From Verrucomicrobiota bacterium (GTDB lineage Bacteria; Verrucomicrobiota; Verrucomicrobiia; Limisphaerales; JAXMHQ01), in contig JAXMHQ010000001.1 in assembly GCA_046346665.1 (NCBI GenBank), positions 131,896-195,895 on the forward strand: a DNA stretch of 64,000 nt, given 5' to 3'. Positions 9,278-17,102 of this stretch are shown piece by piece. The stretch's first letter is position 1. The number at the start of each line of letters is the position of its first letter. The position numbers were made by a program, and so were the translations under genes. The notes below the pieces were generated by a model. It was not told the DNA's origin. It was given only the letters and a program-made list of their open reading frames with translations, and did not search any database.

Positions 9278-10237
9278 ATGCATATACCCGATGGATTTCT
9301 GGATGGCCGGACGGCGGCAGTGACCGGGGTGGTGGCGGCCGGGGGCGTGGGGCTGGCGCTGCGCCAAGTCCGGCGCGAGCTGCCGCCGCGGCGCATTCCC
9401 CTCCTCGGGCTGGCGGCGGCATTTTTGTTCGCGGCACAGATGGTGAATTTCCCGGTGCTCGGCGGCACGTCGGGCCACCTGGTCGGCGGCGTGCTGGTCG
9501 CCGCCCTGCTCGGACCCGGCGCCGCCATCGTCGTCCTCACCACGGTTCTCATCGTTCAGTGTTTCCTGTTCAACGACGGCGGCCTCCTGGCGCTCGGGGC
9601 AAACATTCTCAATATGGGCATCATTGGCGCCGGCGCCGGCTACGCCATCTACCGGGCGGTCGCCGCCGTGCTGCCCGGCACGCGCGGCCGCGTCACCGCC
9701 GTCGCCTTCGCCGGATGGTGCTCGACCGTTCTGGCCGCCATGGCCTGCGCCGGTGAACTTGCCGCCTCCGGCACCGTCGCCTGGTCGTCCGCGTTCACCG
9801 CCATGACGGTTACCCATATGCTCATCGGCGTCGGCGAAGGCCTGATCGGGGCGCTCGTTTACCTCGCCGTTCTCCGCACCCGTCCGGAGCTGGCCGAAAC
9901 AGGCGCGAACGGCGGCACCGGGGCCAGCCGCGGCTGGCGGGACATGCTGCGCTACGGCCTGCCGGCGGCGCTCGGCATCGCGCTGTTCGTCGCCCCGTTC
10001 GCCTGTCCGTGGCCGGACGGACTCGAAAAAGCCGCGGAACGGCTTGGATTCGCGCACCGGGAAGCGGCGCCCGCGCTCGCATCGCCCGCCGCCAACTACC
10101 AGTTTCCTGGAATCCATTGGGCCCCTGGCGCCACCGCCCTCGCCGGTGCCTCCGGCTGCCTCGTGGTGCTCGCATTGTCCTGGATGTTGGGCCGCTGGCT
10201 GGCACCGGAACCGCGCGATTACCCTCAGAAACAGTAG
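9278..10237 (+). CDS. cbiM: ECF-type nickel/cobalt transporter substrate-capture subunit CbiM/NikM fused to a PDGLE (CbiN/NikL-like) domain
   Basis: Canonical MHIPDGFL N-terminus and CbiM transmembrane core. The C-terminal WPDGLEKAAERLGF is the PDGLE-domain motif. Confidence 0.9.
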   Translation: MHIPDGFLDGRTAAVTGVVAAGGVGLALRQVRRELPPRRIPLLGLAAAFLFAAQMVNFPVLGGTSGHLVGGVLVAALLGPGAAIVVLTTVLIVQCFLFNDGGLLALGANILNMGIIGAGAGYAIYRAVAAVLPGTRGRVTAVAFAGWCSTVLAAMACAGELAASGTVAWSSAFTAMTVTHMLIGVGEGLIGALVYLAVLRTRPELAETGANGGTGASRGWRDMLRYGLPAALGIALFVAPFACPWPDGLEKAAERLGFAHREAAPALASPAANYQFPGIHWAPGATALAGASGCLVVLALSWMLGRWLAPEPRDYPQKQ

Positions 10238-10265
10238 CCGCATCGTGAAACCGGCCAGCCAATTT

Positions 10266-10305
10266 CTGCAACCTTTGTGTCGTACGTACGACAGAAAGGT
10301 TGCAG
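10266..10305. repeat. 38-40 bp palindromic element, copy 1 (cbiM-cbiQ intercistronic gap)
   Basis: ctgcaacctttGtgtcgtac|gtacgacaGaaaggttgcag, a 17-19 bp stem with one central mismatch. Near-identical copy at 62672..62709. Confidence 0.9.
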
Positions 10306-10414
10306 CTTCTAAGACGGCGCTGGGAGCTATAGAAGGACTTCGAGGATCGATGGCCGTGTTGCGCAGCGATCCGGGCTTTCCGGCGACCGGCTGTCCTGTT
10401 ATTGATTCACGCCC

Positions 10415-11029
10415 GTGAGCGCAGCGATTCTTGGACATCAACATCGGCGGCCGGACAGCCCGGTGCATCGCCTGTCGCCCGGCCCCAAGCTGGCCGTGGC
10501 GGTGGTGATCCTGGCAGGCACGGTGACGCTGCCGCTGGATTGGAAAGGCTGGTTCCTGGGCGTGCCGCTCATGCTCGGGATCACGATTGCGTTCAGCCGG
10601 ATTTCACCGTGGTTCCTGCTCAAACGGCTGCTCCTGCTGTCCCCGTTCGTCCTCGGGGTCGCGGTCCTGAACGCGTTTCAGCCGGGCGCGCGCGGGAGCT
10701 GGCTCGGGGTCGCGGTCCGCAGCGGCCTGTGCCTGCTCACCGTCCTGCTGGTGTCCAACACCACCCCGTTCAGCGGGATTTTGCGGACACTCCGGACGGT
10801 CCGGGTTCCGGCGCTGCTGATCACAACGCTGGCATTGATGTACCGCTACCTGTTCGTGCTCGCCGAGGAATCCGAGCGCATGCGGCGCGCGCGGGCGAGC
10901 CGCACGTTCACCACCGGCCGACGGTTCCATTGGCAGACTCTCTCAACCGTGATTTCCCAGTTGTTCATCCGGGCGTCGGAACGGGCGGAACACATTTACG
11001 ACGCCATGTGCGCGAGGGGATGGCGATGA
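10415..11029 (+). CDS. cbiQ: ECF transporter transmembrane (T) component CbiQ/NikQ
   Basis: Multi-TM protein with the conserved ..YRYLFVL.EE.ERMRRARASR motif typical of CbiQ/EcfT. Non-ATG start as given by the ORF track. Confidence 0.8.
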   Translation: MSAAILGHQHRRPDSPVHRLSPGPKLAVAVVILAGTVTLPLDWKGWFLGVPLMLGITIAFSRISPWFLLKRLLLLSPFVLGVAVLNAFQPGARGSWLGVAVRSGLCLLTVLLVSNTTPFSGILRTLRTVRVPALLITTLALMYRYLFVLAEESERMRRARASRTFTTGRRFHWQTLSTVISQLFIRASERAEHIYDAMCARGWR

Positions 11030-11769
11030 ACCCGGCCATTGAAGTCGCGGAACTGCGCTACGGTTACCATGACGGAACCGAGGCGCTGCGCGGCGTGAGT
11101 TTCCGGATCGAGCCGGGCGAATGCGTGGCGTTGTTGGGTCCGAACGGCTCCGGAAAATCCACCCTGCTCCTCCATCTGAACGGCATCCTGCCCGAGAAAC
11201 CCGACGGGTCGGTCCGGATCCTGGGCCAGCCCGTTGCGCCCGGCACACTGGCCGCGGTCCGGCGCCAGGTGGGGTTGCTGTTCCAGGATCCGGACGACCA
11301 GTTGTTTTGTCCGACGGTGCAGGAGGACGTGGCGTTCGGGCCGCAACAGCTTGGGTTGAAGGAAGCGGAGATCGAGAGCCGCGTGAGCAAGGCGCTGGCG
11401 CAGGTCGGCCTGTTGGATTTCGGCCGGCGGGCGACGCACCATCTGAGCCACGGCGAAAAACGCCGCGCCTGCCTGGCGGGAGTGCTGGCGTGCGCCCCGG
11501 AAATTCTCGTGCTCGACGAGCCGACGAGCGACCTCGACCCGCGCGGGCGGCGCGAATTCAAGGCCTTGCTGCGGCACATTCCCGCCACCAAGCTGATTGC
11601 GACGCACGACCTGGAACTGGCGGTCGAAATGTGCCCGCGCGCGATCATCCTGGATCGCGGACGGGTGGTGGCGGACGGCGCGACGGCGCAACTGCTGGAC
11701 AACGAGGAACTGATGATGGAACACGGCCTGGAGCGGCCGCATATTCTGCGGCATAAGCATCCGCACTGA
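11020..11769 (+). CDS. cbiO: ECF transporter ATPase CbiO/NikO (ABC ATP-binding protein)
   Basis: Walker [11 protein letters not shown]-loop, signature LSHGEKRR, Walker B ILVLDEP. The start overlaps the cbiQ stop. Confidence 0.9.
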   Translation: MAMNPAIEVAELRYGYHDGTEALRGVSFRIEPGECVALLGPNGSGKSTLLLHLNGILPEKPDGSVRILGQPVAPGTLAAVRRQVGLLFQDPDDQLFCPTVQEDVAFGPQQLGLKEAEIESRVSKALAQVGLLDFGRRATHHLSHGEKRRACLAGVLACAPEILVLDEPTSDLDPRGRREFKALLRHIPATKLIATHDLELAVEMCPRAIILDRGRVVADGATAQLLDNEELMMEHGLERPHILRHKHPH

Positions 11770-11775
11770 CAAGCG

Positions 11776-11953
11776 GTCGAGGGTCGAAAGCCGAGAGTCG
11801 AGGGCAGGAGCTGGCGGCGGGTCGACGCGATCGTTGGATTCCAGGCGTACTGACAAGAGGGGCCTCCGCGATTTTACAATCGCGGCTACCGGTCAGGGTT
11901 GAGAACCATCCGCCACGTCGGGCCCTCGACTCTGGACCTTCGACTCTCGACTC
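11776..11953. repeat. word-periodic inverted repeat (GTCGAGGG family) with ~115-nt loop
   Basis: Left gtcgagggtcgaaagccgagagtcgagggc. Right gccctcgactctggaccttcgactctcgactc. The loop has an inner hairpin ccgcgatt-ttac-aatcgcgg. Confidence 0.8.
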
Positions 11954-11996
11954 TTTTGCTCTTGCCAAGAATTCGGGGCTTTTGGCAAGTTCCCAC

Positions 11997-13562
11997 ATGG
12001 CAGCACTCAAAGCTTCAGACGGTCTGGATTCCCAGTTCTACAAGCGCGCCGATTCCTTTTTCCCGGCTTACAGCAACATCGGGCTGACGTTCGACGACGT
12101 GACGCTGGCGACGTTGTATTCGGAAATTCTCCCGCGCGACACGCAATTGGGAACGGTGCTGGCGGAGGGGCTGGAGTTGAACATCCCGGTGATTTCGGCG
12201 GACATGGACACGGTGACGGAATCGCGCATGGCGATCGCGATGGCGCTGAACGGCGGGCTGGGATTGATCCATTACAACATGCCCGAGCGGCAGCAGTTGT
12301 CCGAGGTGAGCCGGGTGAAGAATAACGTGCACGGCCTCATCCAGGACCCGATCAAGGTGTCCCCGGAACAGCACATCGGCGACGTGCTGCACATGATGGA
12401 CGAGCGGAAGTTTGCGTTCAGCACGTTCCCGGTGGTGGACTCGACGGGCAAGCTGATCGGGTTGCTGTCGGGCCACGTGGTGAAGCCGCGCTACGCGCAG
12501 CGCACGGTGGCGGAGGCGCTGACGCCGCGCGCGCAGGTGCACACGATCGCGAAAAAGGAACTTGGCAAGAATCCGATCGCGAAGGCGGACAAGTTTTTCA
12601 CGGAACACCCGGGCATTCACAAGCTGCTGGTGGTGGATGAGCGGGATCATTTGCACGGGTTGTTCACGATGAGCGACGTGGAGCGGATCACGCAGGAGCG
12701 CAGCGCGCAGTTCAAGCCGGCCCGCGACAGCCATTTCCGCCTGCTGTGCGGCGCGGCGGTTTCCGCCACGCGCAACGCCTTCGGCGAACTCGACCGCGAA
12801 CGGATCCTCACCCACGTCGGCGGACTCGTCGAACGGGGCGTGGACGCGATCGCCGTCTCGACGGCCCACGGCCACAGCCGGGGCGTGGGCGACACGGTGC
12901 GCATGCTGCGCGACGCGTTTCCGAAACTGCCGATCATCGCCGGAAACGTGACCAGCGCCGAGGGCGTGGAATACCTCGCATCCAGCGGCGCCAACGCGAT
13001 CAAGATCGGCCAGGGGCCGGGATCCATCTGCACCACGCGCGTGGTGGCCGGCGTCGGCATTCCGCAGCTCACCGCCCTTTACATCGCCTCCCGCAGCGCC
13101 CGGAAAAACAAGGTGTCCATCATCGCCGACGGCGGCATCACGAAATCGGGCGACATCGTCAAGGCGCTTACGCTGGCTCAGGCGGTCATGTGCGGCGGCA
13201 TGTTTGCCGGCTGCACCGAGGCGCCGGGCGAGGTCATGGAAATCGACGGGAAACTTTACAAGCAATACCGCGGCATGGGCAGCCTAGCCGCCATGAAGGT
13301 CGGGTCCGCCGCGCGCTACGGTCATTCGAACAACCCCACCCAGAAAGTCGCCCCCGAAGGCGTCGAAGCGCTCAAGGAAGTCGCCGGCTCCGTCGACCGC
13401 GTGCTGGCCCAGCTCATCGGCGGCATCCAGTCCGGAATGGGCTACCTCGGCGCCGTCACCCTCGCCCAGCTCCGCGATAAAGCCCGCTACATCCGCGTCA
13501 GCCCCGCCGGCCAGCGCGAAGCCGCGCCGCACGATGTCATCGAGCTGAAGACCCGCGTCTAA
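11997..13562 (+). CDS. guaB: IMP dehydrogenase
   Basis: LTFDDV..., [13 protein letters not shown]-pair insert, [21 protein letters not shown] catalytic loop, GGI..SGD. ATG 11997 is preferred to the TTG at 11982. Confidence 0.95.
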   Translation: MAALKASDGLDSQFYKRADSFFPAYSNIGLTFDDVTLATLYSEILPRDTQLGTVLAEGLELNIPVISADMDTVTESRMAIAMALNGGLGLIHYNMPERQQLSEVSRVKNNVHGLIQDPIKVSPEQHIGDVLHMMDERKFAFSTFPVVDSTGKLIGLLSGHVVKPRYAQRTVAEALTPRAQVHTIAKKELGKNPIAKADKFFTEHPGIHKLLVVDERDHLHGLFTMSDVERITQERSAQFKPARDSHFRLLCGAAVSATRNAFGELDRERILTHVGGLVERGVDAIAVSTAHGHSRGVGDTVRMLRDAFPKLPIIAGNVTSAEGVEYLASSGANAIKIGQGPGSICTTRVVAGVGIPQLTALYIASRSARKNKVSIIADGGITKSGDIVKALTLAQAVMCGGMFAGCTEAPGEVMEIDGKLYKQYRGMGSLAAMKVGSAARYGHSNNPTQKVAPEGVEALKEVAGSVDRVLAQLIGGIQSGMGYLGAVTLAQLRDKARYIRVSPAGQREAAPHDVIELKTRV

Positions 13563-13576
13563 ACCGGTTTTTATCG

Positions 13577-13629
13577 GCAGATTTCGCAGATCAACGCAGA
13601 TTATCTGCGAAAACTGTGTAATCTGCGGA
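13577..13629. repeat. word-periodic hairpin (CGCAGAT family) after the guaB stop; terminator-like
   Basis: ggcagatttcgcagatcaacgcagat-t-atctgcgaaaactgtgtaatctgcgg. Same word family as 63461..63518. Confidence 0.7.
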
Positions 13630-13657
13630 CGCCTTTTCGACCCGGGAACGGTTGAAT

Positions 13658-13882
13658 CTAAAACACGATCGGGTCGTTCATCTGCCCGCATTGCGTGCAG
13701 CGCGAACGGTCGACGTCGGGGTCGTCGGTGTAGACGCACCCGCAGCGTTTGCAGCGGAAAATCCGGTCGCTGCTGGGGGTGGGATTAAACCGCCGCTGGC
13801 GGAACTCGGTGTAAAGCGCGGCCCCGGCCAACCCACCTAACAGGATCAACACGTATGCCAGGATGAGCTGGGAGAATTCCAT
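13658..13882 (-). CDS. small membrane-anchored zinc-ribbon protein (74 aa)
   Basis: N-terminal TM helix (LILAYVLILLGGLAGAALY), then CKRCGC...CTQCG (two CxxC pairs). The ATG lies 2 nt after the stop of the upstream tonB-like gene. It is the internal portion of ORF 13658..14368. Confidence 0.55.
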   Translation of the reverse strand: MEFSQLILAYVLILLGGLAGAALYTEFRQRRFNPTPSSDRIFRCKRCGCVYTDDPDVDRSRCTQCGQMNDPIVF

Positions 13883-13884
13883 GG

Positions 13885-14658
13885 TCACCTTGGCGACGGA
13901 GGGACAATCCGGGTCTGCCACTCGAATTCCGCCGCCCCCGACGCCACCCCGCCCCCCGGCGCGTCCGCCGGTTGAAATCGAAGTCCGCCGGCCAGTTCCA
14001 ACGCCAGTTGGTCGGCCTTTTTCTGGTCTGCCCCCACCGGCCCGGCGGCGCCGGGAAGGAGGAAGGCCGAAACGGTTTCGCCGCGGGCGTTCACGAGCAG
14101 TTGCACCACGCTGTTGGTGAGCAGGTCGGTGGAGGTCCAGGACGGCAGCGCGGGGACGGAGAGGAGCGGGCGGGGCGCGAGGTCGCCGGTGATGCGGAGC
14201 CGGGAGGGATTGCCGGCGGGCGCGGGATCCGGGGGCGGCAGGGTGGCGCGCGGCGCGGCGAGGAGCGGCGGAAGGTCGGCTGGCCGGCCGGCCCAGGAGG
14301 GGGCCGCCAGCAGGGGGCCGCCGAGGGCGGACGGCTGCATCGCCAGCAGGCGGGCGGGGCGCGACCATTCGGTGATGTCGAAGGGGAGGATGGGAGGCTT
14401 GAGCCAGGCCTGGCCGGAGAACCCGGAAGCGTGGGGCAACGCGAGCAGGGTGGGATCCTCGACGGACAACAGGAGGTCGGCGGAATCCTCGGGCAGATGG
14501 AAAACGGGCGCAACGGGCGGCGGGGTGACGGGGTGCGGCGTGCGCCGTTCCAGCCGGGTGAACAGGAGCACCTGCAGGCCGAACACGACGAGCAACGCGG
14601 CGGACCAGCGGCCCAGCGAGCCCGGGCGGAGTTCGGCGGCGGCGCCGTTCAGGTTCAT
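13885..14658 (-). CDS. TonB-like energy transducer (Pro-rich linker, TonB_C-like C-terminus)
   Basis: N-terminal TM anchor (WSAALLVVFGLQVLLF), Pro-rich region, C-terminal VVQLLVNARGETVSAFLL....ADQLALELAGGLRFQP resembling the TonB C-terminal pattern. The ATGA overlap with the exbD stop and operon context support it. Confidence 0.6.
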   Translation of the reverse strand: MNLNGAAAELRPGSLGRWSAALLVVFGLQVLLFTRLERRTPHPVTPPPVAPVFHLPEDSADLLLSVEDPTLLALPHASGFSGQAWLKPPILPFDITEWSRPARLLAMQPSALGGPLLAAPSWAGRPADLPPLLAAPRATLPPPDPAPAGNPSRLRITGDLAPRPLLSVPALPSWTSTDLLTNSVVQLLVNARGETVSAFLLPGAAGPVGADQKKADQLALELAGGLRFQPADAPGGGVASGAAEFEWQTRIVPPSPR

Positions 14659-15089
14659 GGCAGGGCTGCCGCGGCAGGCAGCGGTTGCGGCAAGGTGGCG
14701 AGCAGCAGGGTTTGAATCCCCGCCTGCCTCGCCAACAGGGCCAGCCGGATCAGCTTCTCCTCCGTCACGGATTTGTCGGCGCGCACCACGAGGGTCATGG
14801 GAACGCCGGCGGCGGCGGCGGCGGATTTGAGGCGCGATTGGAGTGCGTCCGCGGCGATGGCCTGGTTCTCGTAATAAAAGCGGCCCGCGGCATCCACCGC
14901 CACCGACAGCGTGGGCTGGTCGGTGCCCGGCAATCCCTCCGCGTCCGCCGAGGGCAGCTCGACGCGGACGCCCGGGGTATAGAGCAGCGAACCCAGGAGG
15001 ACGAACATGAGCATGAGGAAGAAGACCGACGCGTAGGGGGTGGCGTCGAACTGGCCCCGGAAAATGCGCGCGTTGCGGGGAAATTTCAT
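14655..15089 (-). CDS. exbD: biopolymer transport protein ExbD/TolR
   Basis: Typical ExbD layout: short cytoplasmic N-terminus, one TM (VFFLMLMFVLLGSLL), periplasmic domain. 4-nt overlap with exbB. Confidence 0.85.
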   Translation of the reverse strand: MKFPRNARIFRGQFDATPYASVFFLMLMFVLLGSLLYTPGVRVELPSADAEGLPGTDQPTLSVAVDAAGRFYYENQAIAADALQSRLKSAAAAAGVPMTLVVRADKSVTEEKLIRLALLARQAGIQTLLLATLPQPLPAAAALP

Positions 15090-15727
15090 GGCTTGTCCGC
15101 CGCGACGGCCGCGCCGTTCTCGGTGACAATGTTCACGATTTCGGCCGCGGCGCGTTCCATGTCGAGCACGATGGAATTGACACGGCTGACGAGGTAATTG
15201 TAGGCGGCGTGGGTGGGGATGGAGACGGCAAGGCCGGCGGCGGAGCAGATGAGGGCCTGCCAGACGCCGGAGGACAGTGTGCCGAGGTGGGCCTGGACGC
15301 CGGCTTCCTGGAGTTTCTGGAAAACCTGGATGAACCCGAGCACGGTTCCAAAGAGCCCGAGCAGCGGGGCGAGCTGGGCAATGGTGGCCAGCAGGCTCAG
15401 CTTTTCCTCGAGGCGCGGCACTTCCACCAGGCCCGCCTCCTCGATCGCCTCGCGCACGCGATCCCTGCCGTGGTCACGGCTGAGGATCGCGGTTTTCACC
15501 AGGCGCGATACGGGGCCGGGCGTGGCGTCGCAGATCGACACGGCCTCGACGACGTTGTCGCGGCGGAGGACATTGCGCACGCCGTTGAGAAACTCGGTCG
15601 AGTTGATCTGGACGCGGTGATAATGCAGAAATCGCTGCAGAAAGACCACGATGGCGACGGCTCCCAGGAACAGGATGAGCCAGAAGACATAACGGCCTTC
15701 CACCAGGAAGTTCGGCAAACTTGACAT
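15086..15727 (-). CDS. exbB: MotA/TolQ/ExbB proton-channel protein
   Basis: Three-TM ExbB topology with the conserved LLGLFGTVLGFIQVF and ALICSAAGLAVSIP segments. Confidence 0.9.
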   Translation of the reverse strand: MSSLPNFLVEGRYVFWLILFLGAVAIVVFLQRFLHYHRVQINSTEFLNGVRNVLRRDNVVEAVSICDATPGPVSRLVKTAILSRDHGRDRVREAIEEAGLVEVPRLEEKLSLLATIAQLAPLLGLFGTVLGFIQVFQKLQEAGVQAHLGTLSSGVWQALICSAAGLAVSIPTHAAYNYLVSRVNSIVLDMERAAAEIVNIVTENGAAVAADKP

Positions 15728-15771
15728 GCCTTCGTTATACGTTTTCGCCCCAAAACTTAAAAGTATAAATC

Positions 15772-15850
15772 GTTAAAAGAGTTGAATGGTTGAATGGTTC
15801 AACCGTCCCGCGCGCCAGCTTTCAACCGTTCAACCGTTTAACAATTCAAC
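15772..15850. repeat. word-periodic hairpin (GTTGAATGGTT / AACCGTTCAAC family), copy upstream of the dUTPase gene
   Basis: gttgaatggttgaatggttcaaccg ... ctttcaaccgttcaaccgtttaacaattcaac. Confidence 0.75.
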
Positions 15851-15902
15851 GAACTGTCAGTTCCAGCTTGATTCCGGCGCCCAGTCCCGGACACTGGCGC
15901 GC

Positions 15903-16283
15903 ATGGAAAATGGCGATCAACTCCGCGATTTGTTTCGGATGCAGAAGGCCCTCAACGAACGCATCGGCGTTCGGACGGACGGGATGGATGAGGCCGAGAA
16001 GACGAAGTGGGTATTGAATTACTGCCGGGCCATGACGCAGGAGATCGCCGAGCTCACGGACAGCGTCCCGTGGAAATGGTGGGCGAAGTACCAGAAATTC
16101 GACGAGCAAAACGCGCGGGTCGAGGTGGTGGACCTGTTCCATTTCCTGATCAGCCTCGCCCAGGTGCTCGGCATGAGCGCCGACGACGTGTTCACGGCCT
16201 ATTGCAAGAAGAACGAGGTCAATTTCAAACGGCAGGAAACCGGCTACAGCGTCAAGGACGAGCAGGACTCCAAACATATTTGA
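15903..16283 (+). CDS. dimeric (all-alpha, dUTPase_2 family) dUTP pyrophosphatase
   Basis: W..NYCRAMTQEIAELTDSVPWKWW....NARVEVVDLFHFLISL parallels the Campylobacter/trypanosomatid dimeric dUTPase motifs (ECAELIDS..WKHW...IEIVDIWHFILSL). The start is at ATG 15903; upstream ORF-track residues come from a repeat. Confidence 0.75.
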   Translation: MENGDQLRDLFRMQKALNERIGVRTDGMDEAEKTKWVLNYCRAMTQEIAELTDSVPWKWWAKYQKFDEQNARVEVVDLFHFLISLAQVLGMSADDVFTAYCKKNEVNFKRQETGYSVKDEQDSKHI

Positions 16284-16291
16284 GCCGGGCT

Positions 16292-16379
16292 GTTGAATCG
16301 TTGAACTGTTAAACGGTTAAATGGGAATGCCGGCGCCGCTATCCACACTTTTAACGTTTTAACCGTTTAACGATTCAAC
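16292..16379. repeat. word-periodic hairpin (same GTTGAA/GTTAAACGGTT family), copy downstream of the dUTPase gene
   Basis: gttgaatcgttgaactgttaaacggttaaa - 27-nt loop - ttttaacgttttaaccgtttaacgattcaac. Confidence 0.8.
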
Positions 16380-16438
16380 TCAGCGAACGCTTCAATTGAC
16401 AATTGTAATACCCGGGGTTACTTAGGACAGGGATTCTG

Positions 16439-16915
16439 ATGAGAACGAGCTGCCGATTCGCGATGGCCGTGCACGTGCTGGCCGTCCTGGCCTACAAGGA
16501 CGGCGACCGGGTGACCTCGGCGCTGCTCGCCTCGAGCGTCAATACGAACCCGGTGATCATCCGGCGGCTCCTGCTGGACCTGAAGAAGGCGCGGCTCGTG
16601 GAGACCGGCAAAGGCGCGGGGTCGGGATCGCGCCTGAGCCGTTCCGCCGCCCGGATCAACCTGGCCCAGGTCTACCGCGCCGTGGAAGGATCGGAATCGT
16701 TCCGCAGCCCCGCCCGAAAACCCAGCGCCGCCTGCCCCGTCGGCCAGTGCATTCGCAACAGCCTCAACGCCGTGTTCGCCTCCGCCCAGCGCGCCCTGGA
16801 ACTGGACCTCGAACGCACAACCCTGGCGGACATCGCCCGGGCCGCGGAGGAATGCGCCTGCAAGGGCGTCGAGGGTCGACGGTCGAGGGGCGGGCGCCGG
16901 GCGAATGCGGAATAG
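16439..16915 (+). CDS. Rrf2 (BadM/IscR-like) family transcriptional regulator
   Basis: FAMAVHVLAVLAY.....TSALLASSVNTNPVIIRRLLLDLKKARLVE winged-helix N-terminus typical of Rrf2. The last ~16 codons run into a repeat arm. Confidence 0.85.
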   Translation: MRTSCRFAMAVHVLAVLAYKDGDRVTSALLASSVNTNPVIIRRLLLDLKKARLVETGKGAGSGSRLSRSAARINLAQVYRAVEGSESFRSPARKPSAACPVGQCIRNSLNAVFASAQRALELDLERTTLADIARAAEECACKGVEGRRSRGGRRANAE

Positions 16916-17033
16916 CCGGGGCACACCAGACCTTCTCACAGTTTGAACGCCGCCCGGGCGCAGGTGGTCGAACATCCCGACTACACGGCGCACGGACAGG
17001 CGGCCCTCGACACTCGACGATCGACTCTCGACG
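16868..17033. repeat. word-periodic inverted repeat (GTCGAGGG family) with ~110-nt loop; left arm overlaps the Rrf2 gene 3' end
   Basis: Left gtcgagggtcgacggtcgagggg. Right gccctcgacactcgacgatcgactctcgacg. Confidence 0.8.
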
Positions 17034-17064
17034 GCATTTGACACGCCCCGATTCGCGTGGCAGT

Positions 17065-17085
17065 ATGTAACAATCAGTGTTACAT
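17065..17085. promoter_or_regulatory. AT-rich perfect palindrome 18 bp upstream of the sigma-factor gene; candidate operator/promoter element
   Basis: ATGTAACA-atcag-TGTTACAT (8-bp arms). Confidence 0.35.
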
Positions 17086-17102
17086 TAAAACAGGCGATTA
17101 TT

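Noticed and set aside
15786-15902. N-terminal extensions suggested by the ORF track (also 46737..46898 for glgC, 57448..57588 for urtA, 62682..62738 for urtE, 25946..26092 for PLD, 414..1547 upstream part, 7304..7399, 18187..18237)
   Set aside because: The extra residues are translated from hairpin repeats, palindromes or promoter regions. Internal ATGs give canonical N-termini or signal peptides.
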